64,000 nt of DNA, taken from the IMG/VR virus record IMGVR_UViG_3300020190_000040. One strand, 5' to 3'. Below, one piece after another: positions 9,459 through 19,008 of the stretch. Source of the stretch: an uncultured virus (IMG/VR IMGVR_UViG_3300020190_000040). Lineage: Duplodnaviria > Heunggongvirae > Uroviricota > Caudoviricetes > Kyanoviridae. Position 1 is the stretch's first letter; each line of letters begins with the position of its first letter. The notes under the pieces are model-generated. The model saw nothing but the letters and a program-made list of their open reading frames with translations. It was not told the origin of the DNA and searched no databases. A program made the translations under genes and the position numbers.

Positions 9459-12400
9459 TTAATATGCTTTGATTAACCATTTTACCCAAATATATGGAGT
9501 AATCAATGGAACTTTACTTTGTGGCGATAAAGATGGAGTAGGTATCAATTGTTTATTGGCATTTAAAGTAAATTTGCCTGGTAGTACTTCTAATCCTAAT
9601 TGAGCAGCAGTTCTGATAATAGTAACAGAAGTATTTGTTGGCGCTCCACCAGCAGCAGTTCCGTGATTATCTTCGTTACCATAGCTAAACGTTGTAGTTG
9701 TGTTGGCAATAGGAGAAAAACTTAGATAATGAGTGTGATTGTTTTTTGTAACTGGATTAAAACTAGCGACACTAACATTCTTCGTTGGAATATCAACTGC
9801 TCCTACCATTTTATAATTATCACCGCTATTAACAACACTAGCGTTAGTTGGGAAAGGTTCTGATGTTAGATTAATAAATTGATTGATTTCATCATAATTT
9901 GCGTCTCCAATATTACCAATATTTGGCTGTTTATATTGTACAGTAGTTCTCACCTGGGTAATACGATTTCCTGTATATCCAGGACCGCTAATGGTAAGAC
10001 ATCCGCCAGTAGATGGTTCCCATGGTTCTGCCTTTTGTAACCATACTGTATCAGAATTAGCATCCTGAGCAGTTGGAACTGTATTAGAACTAGTTAATAG
10101 GACGTGTCCAGCAGGCGGTTTAATAATATACCCCCACAAGTTAATTGTAACTGAAGCCACTGATTCAGAAGGTTGATTACCAATCACAATGCCCGAAGAT
10201 GCTGGAGATTGTCTACCACCATTAGAGCTCCAGTACACTAGACCTTTAAATCCATTTCCTCCAAGTGATGGGTCTGGTTGACCTGATAAAATAACGTGTG
10301 TGTGAGTTGGAGTTTCGTATAATTTAGTTGCTTTTAAAGATACATTAGCAGATATTTGACCAGTTGTAGTAAAGTCAATCTGACCAACGACATTAGTATA
10401 ACCAGTTGTGGAAATTGTTCCAATGATGAAATAATCACTTTCTGTTGCAGTTAATCCTGTACCAGGAGTTTTTACCTGAGGAACACTTTGGGCACTAGGA
10501 ACCGCTATTTGATCGATATACCACAATCCACCATGAGACCCTGGTATTAAATTAGATTTATTAGTAGCATTTTTTGCTGGTCCATAATCAGGAATTAAAG
10601 CAGGAGAAGAACTAGCATTACCATCAACGGGACCAGTTCCCATTGGTTTTTTATTTCTCATGTCAGGTAATCTAAAATCTCCACCACCTAAAGCACCATA
10701 AGTTGTACCAAGAATAGAGTATAAAGCGGGGAAATCTGTTGGACTTACATATGATCCATCACAAAGAATCCACCCAGGGAATCTAGAATCTGCTTTACCA
10801 TTTAAATTCCCCCAACCATCTGTTTGGGAAGCATCTTTAAATACAGGCATCATAGATCCGATAGGTAAACCATCAAATTTTGAAGCATATTTAATCTGAT
10901 TACCAGAAACATTTTGGATCATATTTATCCCACTATACCATTGACCTAAAATAGGATCGGGTGTTGGAGCTGGACTGACAACTGTAAATGTTGTTGTATA
11001 TGATCCAACAAAAACATCACTTGTTATAGAAAATCCTGCTATTCCACTAGATAATATCTGAACTCTTAAAGTATCTCCGTTAGCTACTAGTAAAGGAGTT
11101 GTCGATGTGTAAGTGTTAAAAGCAGCTCCATTTTTACTCAACTTAGCACCATTTGTAGCATATGCTCCAACAGAAGTTCCTAAACCAGCAATTGTTACTG
11201 TATTGCTATTTGTATTTGTAGATACGGCAGAAGCAATTACAGTTGGGAATAAAAACGGAGTTGGTGATGTTCCAAATTGACCAGCATTTGTTACTGTCCA
11301 TGTTGTTGTAAAAGTTCCAGCTGTTATATTCCAAGTTTTTGAATCACCAACAATACCAGATGTAGTATATCTTAATTTAACAACATCAAATAATTGTACA
11401 GTTGTAGATGAAAGATTAGTATCGATATCATTAATTACAATTGTTGGTAATGTTCCAGTCTGCCCAGTACTATTTGTTACTGAAAAAGGAATTGTATTAT
11501 CAATAGCCTGAATTGTAGCAGAATTACTAGTAACTGTAGTATTTAAATTTTGATTAGATAGGCTAATAAATGCGAAACTAGTTGGTGTGTTATCAGGAAC
11601 AACACCTGTTGATACAGTCCAAGTGACAGCTGGTGATGAACCTACTACTACTTGAGAAGTTACACTGGTGGAATATAATGAAGACGTAGTAATTCTTAAT
11701 TTAAATCCTTGACCATTTGCAATAGTTCTCGGAGAAGCAGCAAAAGCATCACAAGTAGTGCCATTACATATAGAAATTAGAGCACCATTACTAGCTGTAA
11801 TTGTAACAGGATTGTTAATACCAGTAATTTGTACAATACTACTGTCTACTGCTGTATTAGGTTCCTGATTTGTTAAGTTTGGTACTGAAAAGTCATTTGG
11901 AAGATTATCTGGAGGAGATCCAGTATCAATAGTCCAAAATTGAGTTACTGTTCCTACAGTAATTGTCATCGTATATCCAGTAAAAAATTGATCACCAGTT
12001 GTCATTCTTACTTGAAGATACTCGTTATTTTTTATGGTAGCACTAAATCCGAATGGTCCACAACTACTACTTTGTCCAGTAGTACATACTCTAACTTGTT
12101 GAGCGGAACCATTACTAGAAATAGAAACAGGAAGAGTTCCAGTAATTCCAGTTATTTGTATAATTTCACTAGTATATTGAGTATTTGGACTAGCATTTGT
12201 TACGGGAGTAAAAGTAAAAGGATCTGGAGTAAAATCTTGGGGGGGATATCCGAGATATGCAATACCGTCTTCATTAGTACCTGCTCCAAAATTATCTGGA
12301 GTTGATCCAACTGTAACCCAAGCAGATTTATAATAAGATCCTCCGCCAATACCACCATTAGCGTCTAAATCAACCGTAGCAAGTGTCCCACCAAATTCAT

Positions 12401-15311
12401 CAACTAAAGAAGCATTAGTGGATCCACCCGTGCCAAATCCACCACCGCCACCTCCGCCGCCGCCACCAGATAAACTAGCACTAGTTCCTGCCGACCCCGT
12501 TAGATTTAAACCAACCAAACTGTCAATTGCATTTGGACCATTACCAGCATAATTACCATTTTGTGTTAATTTTTGAATAACAGTATCATCACCAGCACCA
12601 CCTCCACCAGCACCACCGCCAGCTAAAGCAATCAAAGTTCCATCAGCAAGTGTTATAGCAGCGGCACCGCCGCCACCTCCACCAGATCCAGAGTATTCAC
12701 CAGATGCTGTAGCGCCACCATTACCACCAGTAGCATATCCAAAACCACCAGTTCCTCCAGCAGATGATTTAGAGAAATTTACACCATTATTACCTCTTTG
12801 AGGAGCAAATATTTTAATTGCTTTGTTGATAGGATCTGTCCATGGTATAGCAGCAACATTTATAGATCCGACCATCACATTTCCATTTCCACCCCTGCCA
12901 CCGAAACTGTTTGGATAATCATCTCCACCATTACCGCCACCGCCTCCAACTAAAACAAAGTCAATGGTATCAGCCCATTGTGGTATTACATATTCATAAA
13001 AAGTATTTGCTGGTGAAAATGTATTGTATGTGTATTGATTCCTCTTCGTGGTTATTCTAAAAGTATCTTGTGTAGTTCCACACTGATATACAATTGTTTG
13101 AGTAGTAGCAAAAGCGGTAGCAGAAGTTGCTCTTATATACAAAGTAGTTGTACTGGCAGGTACAATAGAAATAGTTGTAAAATAATTAATTCCATCTACA
13201 CTAATTTGAGCATTAGATCCAGGTGTTTGTGATACAATAGTAGCAGTTGTATCCAAATCTAATCCACTAATAGGAACAGTTCTCACATATTGTGTACCTA
13301 ACTCTGTTTGATAAACGTGTTGAGCTCTAAAAGGATATGGATTTGTTCTAGCAGATCTAGTTTTTATTGTAATAGTAGCTTCTTTATCTACAAATGAAGG
13401 TGGATTTGGTCCAGCAGTTGGGTTGGTAATTGTAGCACCAGTAGGATTTCCATTAGGAGGACCTTGTAATCTAATAGTACTAGTTTTTGTAGTGTTGTAG
13501 CTTGTAGAAGAAGTTTGTTTAATAGTTACTATATCACCATTTTTAACAACTACTGATGTTCCCCAAACACCAGTCCCATTTTTTCTGATTAATCCATCAC
13601 CTTGAGATACAGTACACCCAATACTTACAGGCTGACCACTAAGATCAGCAGGCACTGTGAACGGTAAAGTATATGAAGGTGTTTTAGTTATTAATGGTTC
13701 TTCTAGATTACTATATGCTCCAGTTGTATATTCTGTACCCAATCCACTGATAGCAATATCAGAATAATACGTTAATCCAACTTCAGCATTATTTAAAGTT
13801 GATGTTGTAGAAACATTTACAAGTCTGTATTGTATTAATCTTACTTGACCATTAACAGTTCCACCATTTACTGTTAAAATATCATCAATTGAATATGGTC
13901 CAGTTCCTCTCTCAACAATTTGAACCGCTTCAATAGCACCTGTTACAGAAACTTGTGCAACTTTAACTGTTAATCCAGTAGCAGATGGAGTAGTAGTATT
14001 TGTTGTTGTATATATACTGTTTAATACATATCCAGACCCACCAGAAGTTACGGATGATAATGGTAAAGAATCGGTATTTATATAAATTGGAGCAAAGTTT
14101 ACTCCAGTAGGATATCTATCAACCTCAGTCCATACCTGCCAATCATCTTGTTTTGAACCTATTGTTTGAGTTCTAGCAAAAGATCCAGATCCATATGTAC
14201 CAGCATTATTATTTTCATAACTCTGTGAATTAATTGTAGCAGTTTCTCCACCTACAGCAAAAACAGAAAAAGATCCTGTGGTTTTTGTTGTATATCCATT
14301 TCCAACCAATAATCTAGTAAATAATGTGTCTCCTAACTTTAATTGAGTTAGAGATTGTGACCAAGATGTACCATTTTTTGATATTTGACCATCCCCTGTA
14401 CAAGTAGCTCTTAAAACAACATCATTATCAATTCCTGATATTAAAATATTAGCTGTTTTATAAGTTCCAAATTCTGTAGCATCAACATCAACATAATCGA
14501 TAAATGTACCAGTACCGCTTCCAGTATTTAATGTTGTTATTGCTTGTAATTGTTCCCTAGTTGTAATACTCCATGTGTCGGAAACAGCATTACCAGCACC
14601 CCAATAATTATCAGAAATAGTTAGTGTTACATTGCTATTTGTGGTGTACCAATTTTCTGTTCGTATTCTTAATCTAACAGTATCATTATTAGTGACAGTA
14701 TAATACTGAGTTAGTGATACTCCAGATGATGTTGCAGTTGCTGGATTCGTTACAGTAACACTTGTACCACTAATGTTTAAAATTTCTCCAGAAATATTAG
14801 TACTAGAAATATATCTACCGACAACTAAACTAGCGGCATTAGAAACATTAGTGATAGTTGTGCTTCCATTAATAATATTACCAGTAACGACTACAGACTG
14901 TGTAGAAGTTGTGATATATGGTCCACCATTAATAGAAAATCCAGCGTTTGAGAGATTTGGATATGTCCCTTTTGGTCCAGAACCAGAAGTAGAAAAAGAA
15001 ATAGGTACTCTTAATTCTAACCCACTTACTGTGATAGGATTAGAATAATATGTGGTATTTTTTTGAAATGTGCTAGTAAACTCACCAGGAGTAGTAGCAG
15101 CAGCATTAATTGATCCTGAGTTATCAGTAAAACTAAATGTTGTTGGTTGAGAATCTGGCGCTCTAGTTCCTAACGTAATCCCAGTAGGATCAACCCCAGT
15201 ACCAATTTGTACCTGAATATTTACAGTCGTATTCCATGTTGATGGCGTAGGATATCTAAGTTCTATTTGATCTCCAGCACCAACATATACTGGCGTACTA
15301 CTAAATGGCAT
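9459..15311 (-). CDS. 1950-aa tail fibre with tandem beta-sandwich repeats, Gly-rich domain and tail-collar domain
   Basis: PIGSMMP...GWILCDG...FPALYSILGTTYG...FRLPD collar motif; about 8 repeated modules; poly-Gly region near 12300-13000. Confidence 0.85.
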   Translation of the reverse strand: MPFSSTPVYVGAGDQIELRYPTPSTWNTTVNIQVQIGTGVDPTGITLGTRAPDSQPTTFSFTDNSGSINAAATTPGEFTSTFQKNTTYYSNPITVSGLELRVPISFSTSGSGPKGTYPNLSNAGFSINGGPYITTSTQSVVVTGNIINGSTTITNVSNAASLVVGRYISSTNISGEILNISGTSVTVTNPATATSSGVSLTQYYTVTNNDTVRLRIRTENWYTTNSNVTLTISDNYWGAGNAVSDTWSITTREQLQAITTLNTGSGTGTFIDYVDVDATEFGTYKTANILISGIDNDVVLRATCTGDGQISKNGTSWSQSLTQLKLGDTLFTRLLVGNGYTTKTTGSFSVFAVGGETATINSQSYENNNAGTYGSGSFARTQTIGSKQDDWQVWTEVDRYPTGVNFAPIYINTDSLPLSSVTSGGSGYVLNSIYTTTNTTTPSATGLTVKVAQVSVTGAIEAVQIVERGTGPYSIDDILTVNGGTVNGQVRLIQYRLVNVSTTSTLNNAEVGLTYYSDIAISGLGTEYTTGAYSNLEEPLITKTPSYTLPFTVPADLSGQPVSIGCTVSQGDGLIRKNGTGVWGTSVVVKNGDIVTIKQTSSTSYNTTKTSTIRLQGPPNGNPTGATITNPTAGPNPPSFVDKEATITIKTRSARTNPYPFRAQHVYQTELGTQYVRTVPISGLDLDTTATIVSQTPGSNAQISVDGINYFTTISIVPASTTTLYIRATSATAFATTQTIVYQCGTTQDTFRITTKRNQYTYNTFSPANTFYEYVIPQWADTIDFVLVGGGGGNGGDDYPNSFGGRGGNGNVMVGSINVAAIPWTDPINKAIKIFAPQRGNNGVNFSKSSAGGTGGFGYATGGNGGATASGEYSGSGGGGGGAAAITLADGTLIALAGGGAGGGGAGDDTVIQKLTQNGNYAGNGPNAIDSLVGLNLTGSAGTSASLSGGGGGGGGGGFGTGGSTNASLVDEFGGTLATVDLDANGGIGGGSYYKSAWVTVGSTPDNFGAGTNEDGIAYLGYPPQDFTPDPFTFTPVTNASPNTQYTSEIIQITGITGTLPVSISSNGSAQQVRVCTTGQSSSCGPFGFSATIKNNEYLQVRMTTGDQFFTGYTMTITVGTVTQFWTIDTGSPPDNLPNDFSVPNLTNQEPNTAVDSSIVQITGINNPVTITASNGALISICNGTTCDAFAASPRTIANGQGFKLRITTSSLYSTSVTSQVVVGSSPAVTWTVSTGVVPDNTPTSFAFISLSNQNLNTTVTSNSATIQAIDNTIPFSVTNSTGQTGTLPTIVINDIDTNLSSTTVQLFDVVKLRYTTSGIVGDSKTWNITAGTFTTTWTVTNAGQFGTSPTPFLFPTVIASAVSTNTNSNTVTIAGLGTSVGAYATNGAKLSKNGAAFNTYTSTTPLLVANGDTLRVQILSSGIAGFSITSDVFVGSYTTTFTVVSPAPTPDPILGQWYSGINMIQNVSGNQIKYASKFDGLPIGSMMPVFKDASQTDGWGNLNGKADSRFPGWILCDGSYVSPTDFPALYSILGTTYGALGGGDFRLPDMRNKKPMGTGPVDGNASSSPALIPDYGPAKNATNKSNLIPGSHGGLWYIDQIAVPSAQSVPQVKTPGTGLTATESDYFIIGTISTTGYTNVVGQIDFTTTGQISANVSLKATKLYETPTHTHVILSGQPDPSLGGNGFKGLVYWSSNGGRQSPASSGIVIGNQPSESVASVTINLWGYIIKPPAGHVLLTSSNTVPTAQDANSDTVWLQKAEPWEPSTGGCLTISGPGYTGNRITQVRTTVQYKQPNIGNIGDANYDEINQFINLTSEPFPTNASVVNSGDNYKMVGAVDIPTKNVSVASFNPVTKNNHTHYLSFSPIANTTTTFSYGNEDNHGTAAGGAPTNTSVTIIRTAAQLGLEVLPGKFTLNANKQLIPTPSLSPQSKVPLITPYIWVKWLIKAY

Positions 15312-15339
15312 TTACAGTAATCACTACACTTTTTAATAT

Positions 15340-15519
15340 TTATGCTTCTTCAATAGACCTTACATCGATCCATTCACCGCCATTAATTCTAACTTGAATT
15401 GGTTCAGAAGCTTTAATTTCTGCCTGCTCTTTCTTTTTTAGGTGTTTCATCTTAACAATAGCGGATTGATAGTAATCATCATCAATTGATAAATTGTTAT
15501 CGTCTATAAAATCAATCAT
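15340..15519 (-). CDS. 59-aa protein carrying only the C-terminal motif of the paralogous adhesin family (not in ORF track)
   Basis: Manual translation ends EIKASEPIQVRINGGEWIDVRSIEEA, matching paralog ends such as EIKVNNPNVQIRIK...WQSVRQI. Confidence 0.65.
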   Translation of the reverse strand: MIDFIDDNNLSIDDDYYQSAIVKMKHLKKKEQAEIKASEPIQVRINGGEWIDVRSIEEA

Positions 15520-15811
15520 ATTTTAAATCTCCCTTATAAGTATCCCAATAAAATCTAATCATTTTCTGAGTGAATTCATCTTCACCAGAAATATCTTGTT
15601 CTGGTATCTCTACCTCAACAACATTACCATTAATATCTGTTGTTAAACTTTTCCCAGGTCTTGAATATTTTTTTCCTACAGTAAGCGTATTAAGAGTTTT
15701 AACAACATCATCTTCTACAGAAAATGTTTCTTCTGTTGTATAAACATCTACACAGCAATTTATGGCGGAAAAAATTATATGACTTGTATATTTTATAGTC
15801 TGAATATTCAT
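15512..15811 (-). CDS. hypothetical protein (possible fibre-associated small protein)
   Basis: 99-aa ORF after ATAAATA late promoter at 15824-15830. Confidence 0.7.
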   Translation of the reverse strand: MNIQTIKYTSHIIFSAINCCVDVYTTEETFSVEDDVVKTLNTLTVGKKYSRPGKSLTTDINGNVVEVEIPEQDISGEDEFTQKMIRFYWDTYKGDLKYD

Positions 15812-15829
15812 AATTTTTTGAACTATTTA

Positions 15830-17326
15830 TTAAATTTGACGAACGCTTTGCCAACTGCCAAACGTAGCATTTCCAGAAGGTTTTATTCTAATTTGAACAT
15901 TTGGATTATTTACTTTTATCTCTACAGGAATTTCAGCATCTGGTGGTGTACCAGAATCTGCCATAACAACTGTTGTTGGACTAACTATATATTGAGTTGG
16001 AGTATTAGTTATTTGATCAATATCTGGATATGGATAATTTACTGAACTGTCACCAAAATCAAACAATTCTCCTACATCAGGTGCTCTAGTAGATATCGAA
16101 AATGATTTAGATAATGTTCCTACAGTATAATTATATGTTCTAGAATTAATTGCTCCATTAGGATCGGTGTTGAATGGTTGAGAAGTAAATCTAAAAAATA
16201 TGGATTGACCATTAGTAATGTAAATAAATGAAGTCCAATTAGATTGATTAGTTGATACCTCCAGTCCAGCAGGGCAAATAACAGATGTTAACATATCAAT
16301 TCCAGTAATGGATGGGGATTGAATTTGGTATTGTGTATTAGGTTGTAAATTATTAATATTTACGCCAGATGTTGTAGTTGACGGTAAATTAAAATCATTT
16401 GGTGTGTTGTCATTAAAAACAAAAACAGTAGCATTAGCAGTAACAGTTCCTCCAGGACCACTAGCAGTCATTGTATAAGTTTTAGATGCTGGGCTGTTGC
16501 TTCCAGCAACAGATTGTAAATTACTATCAATATTAATGATGCCACTGCTTCCAATTCCAATTACAGATCCAACACCATTATTAATAGAAATACTATTAGC
16601 ATATTGTGTTGCCCAAGATAGTGAAACAGTATCGCTAGGAGTTCCACTAATACTAGTTTGTGTACTACCAGTAAATGACGTAATTACAGGAGCATAATAA
16701 TCCCATTGTATTCTAACAGCTCCATCTGCACCAACTCCACCAAAACCACTATTATTTCCCCCGCCACCTCCGCCATATGTACCACCATCTCGGTCACCAG
16801 TACAAGATCCACCAGCAGCAGATCCATCTAAAGCAGTTCCTCGACCACCAGCTCTAGGTGAATTACATCTACCAGAATTTCCATTTTGATTTCCAGCTCC
16901 ACCACCTTTACCACCATCATCGTCATCTTCACCATTTTGACCAGATGTTTGAATATCACCAGTAGTTCCATCTCCAGCCTGTCCGCCACCATTATCATCA
17001 AACCCAGCTTCACCACCGTCGGCAACTACAATCAGAATACCCGTAGTTGCACGGCAAATACTAGCTTGACCATCTCCACCAGTACGGGTATTATTTCCTA
17101 ATCGCTGACCCCCTCTTCCAACAGTAATTAAAAATGTAATCCCAGCACCAACAGTTCTAGTGGATCTAGCAAATCCACCGCCGCCGCCTCCTCCTCCCCT
17201 GTCATCGGCGGTCTCGTCCTTATAACCAGATCCGCCCCCGCCAATACAAGTAGCTGTGACATTTTTAGTGGCAAATGGAGTTTGAAAACTATAATTTCCT
17301 GGACTAGTGTAGTCATTTGTTGGCAT
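15830..17326 (-). CDS. Gly-rich adhesin-like virion protein, paralog 4
   Basis: Poly-Gly N-terminal head plus conserved C-terminal module (FDFG..YPYPDID..TNTP). Confidence 0.8.
   Translation of the reverse strand: MPTNDYTSPGNYSFQTPFATKNVTATCIGGGGSGYKDETADDRGGGGGGGGFARSTRTVGAGITFLITVGRGGQRLGNNTRTGGDGQASICRATTGILIVVADGGEAGFDDNGGGQAGDGTTGDIQTSGQNGEDDDDGGKGGGAGNQNGNSGRCNSPRAGGRGTALDGSAAGGSCTGDRDGGTYGGGGGGNNSGFGGVGADGAVRIQWDYYAPVITSFTGSTQTSISGTPSDTVSLSWATQYANSISINNGVGSVIGIGSSGIINIDSNLQSVAGSNSPASKTYTMTASGPGGTVTANATVFVFNDNTPNDFNLPSTTTSGVNINNLQPNTQYQIQSPSITGIDMLTSVICPAGLEVSTNQSNWTSFIYITNGQSIFFRFTSQPFNTDPNGAINSRTYNYTVGTLSKSFSISTRAPDVGELFDFGDSSVNYPYPDIDQITNTPTQYIVSPTTVVMADSGTPPDAEIPVEIKVNNPNVQIRIKPSGNATFGSWQSVRQI
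15879..16414. repeat. direct repeat copy A (C-terminal module of paralog 4)
   Basis: 81 bp exact match 15879-15959 = 17387-17467; about 100 bp with one mismatch near 16314-16414 vs 17825-17925. Confidence 0.9.
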
Positions 17327-17337
17327 ATTTTATCTCC

Positions 17338-19008
17338 TTATGTGCTCCTAGGTGTCTGCCAATTGCCAAATACAGCACTTCCTTGTGGTTTTATTCTAAT
17401 TTGAACATTTGGATTATTTACTTTTATCTCTACAGGAATTTCAGCATCTGGTGGTGTACCAGAATCTCCCATAACAACTACTGTTGGACTAGTCATATAT
17501 TGAGATGGTGTGTTAGTTATTTGATCAATATCTGGATATGGATAATTTACTGAACTGTCACCAAAATCAAATATTTCACTAACGTCTGGTGCTCTAGTAG
17601 ATATTGTAAATGATTTAGATAATGTTCCTACAGTATAATTATATGTTCTAGAATTAATTGCTCCATTAGGATCGCTATTAAATGGTTGAGAAGTAAATCT
17701 CAAGAAAAAAGTTTGACTATTACTAATGTAAGCCACCGAAGACCAATTTGAACCATTAGTAGAAACTTCTAATCCAGCACTAGTTGTTACTACTGATGTT
17801 ATCATATCAATTCCAGTAATGGGTGGGGATTGAATTTGGTATTGTGTATTAGGTTCTAAATTATTAATATTTACGCCAGATGTTGTAGTTGACGGTAAAT
17901 TAAAATCATTTGGTGTGTTGTCATTTCTAACTGAAATAGTAAGATTTTGTGTTGTCGAAACATTTCCAGCATAAAACTTTAAAGTATAGGTGATTGTTGC
18001 TGGAGAATTAGTACCAGCAACAGATTGGAGATTAGTGTCAACGTTGAGAGTTCCAGTAGTTTGCTCAAAGATACTACTAGTACTATCAGTATAAATAAGA
18101 CTTGGTAGAGGATCTAATTTATATATTTCCAACAAATTTCCATCTTTACAATTCCATTGTAAAGTAGTAGTATCTTGTGGAACTCCAGCATTACCGCTAT
18201 TTTGAGGATTTGGATTGGCAATAAAACTTACTATTTCTGGTGTATATAATGTATACGAAACCCCGACAGATCCATTAGGACTCGCCTCAGATGTATTTAA
18301 ACTAGAAGATCCATTTACAAGTGTAGCATAAGACGAATCATATCTACTAGTTCCCCCCATCCCGCCTTCAGCATTCCTCCCACCAGTATTAAACCCAGGT
18401 GGTGGATGGTCTCTACCAGAATTTCCACCAGCGCCTCCGCCAGCGCCCCCGCCGCCACCGCCTCCACCGCCTCCATCGCCGCCCTGAGTTACACCATTTA
18501 ATCCAGCTCCAATAAGACTATCAATCAAACCAGTATTCCAACTACTACCATCATTACCTTCAAACCCAGGCAACCTAGGATGACTAGCACCACCGCCACC
18601 GCCGCCACCACCTGCGACTATAATCCATTTATTAGCAACACTGTCATAGACACCAGTGGCGCCACCACCGCCGCCGCCACCACCAGATGATCCACTGCCC
18701 CCACTGCGTCCACCAAATCCACCATTTACAAGACCAATACCAAAAATTCCTCTACAATTAGCACAATTAGATGGACCATTTGTGGTTGGAGCAGCCCCAA
18801 TACTAAATGTTAAATCTCTAGCAGTAAAATTAGATAGAATAAAAGTTCCTGTTCTACCATCTCCCCTATTACCACCTGGCTGTGAAGCATCATTTCCTCC
18901 TCTAGCACCTCTAGCACCAACAATTGCTACAGTAACATTTCCAGCATCAGATGGTATGTTAATACTAGTATTAGAAGTATATGTATTGGTAACAACAGTA
19001 GAAGCCAT
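17338..19008 (-). CDS. Gly-rich adhesin-like virion protein, paralog 3
   Basis: Same architecture; C-terminal DNA nearly identical to paralog 4. Confidence 0.8.
   Translation of the reverse strand: MASTVVTNTYTSNTSINIPSDAGNVTVAIVGARGARGGNDASQPGGNRGDGRTGTFILSNFTARDLTFSIGAAPTTNGPSNCANCRGIFGIGLVNGGFGGRSGGSGSSGGGGGGGGATGVYDSVANKWIIVAGGGGGGGGASHPRLPGFEGNDGSSWNTGLIDSLIGAGLNGVTQGGDGGGGGGGGGGAGGGAGGNSGRDHPPPGFNTGGRNAEGGMGGTSRYDSSYATLVNGSSSLNTSEASPNGSVGVSYTLYTPEIVSFIANPNPQNSGNAGVPQDTTTLQWNCKDGNLLEIYKLDPLPSLIYTDSTSSIFEQTTGTLNVDTNLQSVAGTNSPATITYTLKFYAGNVSTTQNLTISVRNDNTPNDFNLPSTTTSGVNINNLEPNTQYQIQSPPITGIDMITSVVTTSAGLEVSTNGSNWSSVAYISNSQTFFLRFTSQPFNSDPNGAINSRTYNYTVGTLSKSFTISTRAPDVSEIFDFGDSSVNYPYPDIDQITNTPSQYMTSPTVVVMGDSGTPPDAEIPVEIKVNNPNVQIRIKPQGSAVFGNWQTPRST
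17387..17925. repeat. direct repeat copy B (C-terminal module of paralog 3)
   Basis: See copy A; more diverged copies at about 19057-19600 and 20860-21365. Confidence 0.9.

Noticed and set aside
15879..17925. Repeat pair as a DGR template/variable repeat or invertible shufflon
   Set aside because: No reverse transcriptase or invertase in the window; mismatches not adenine-specific; repeats are direct and both inside genes
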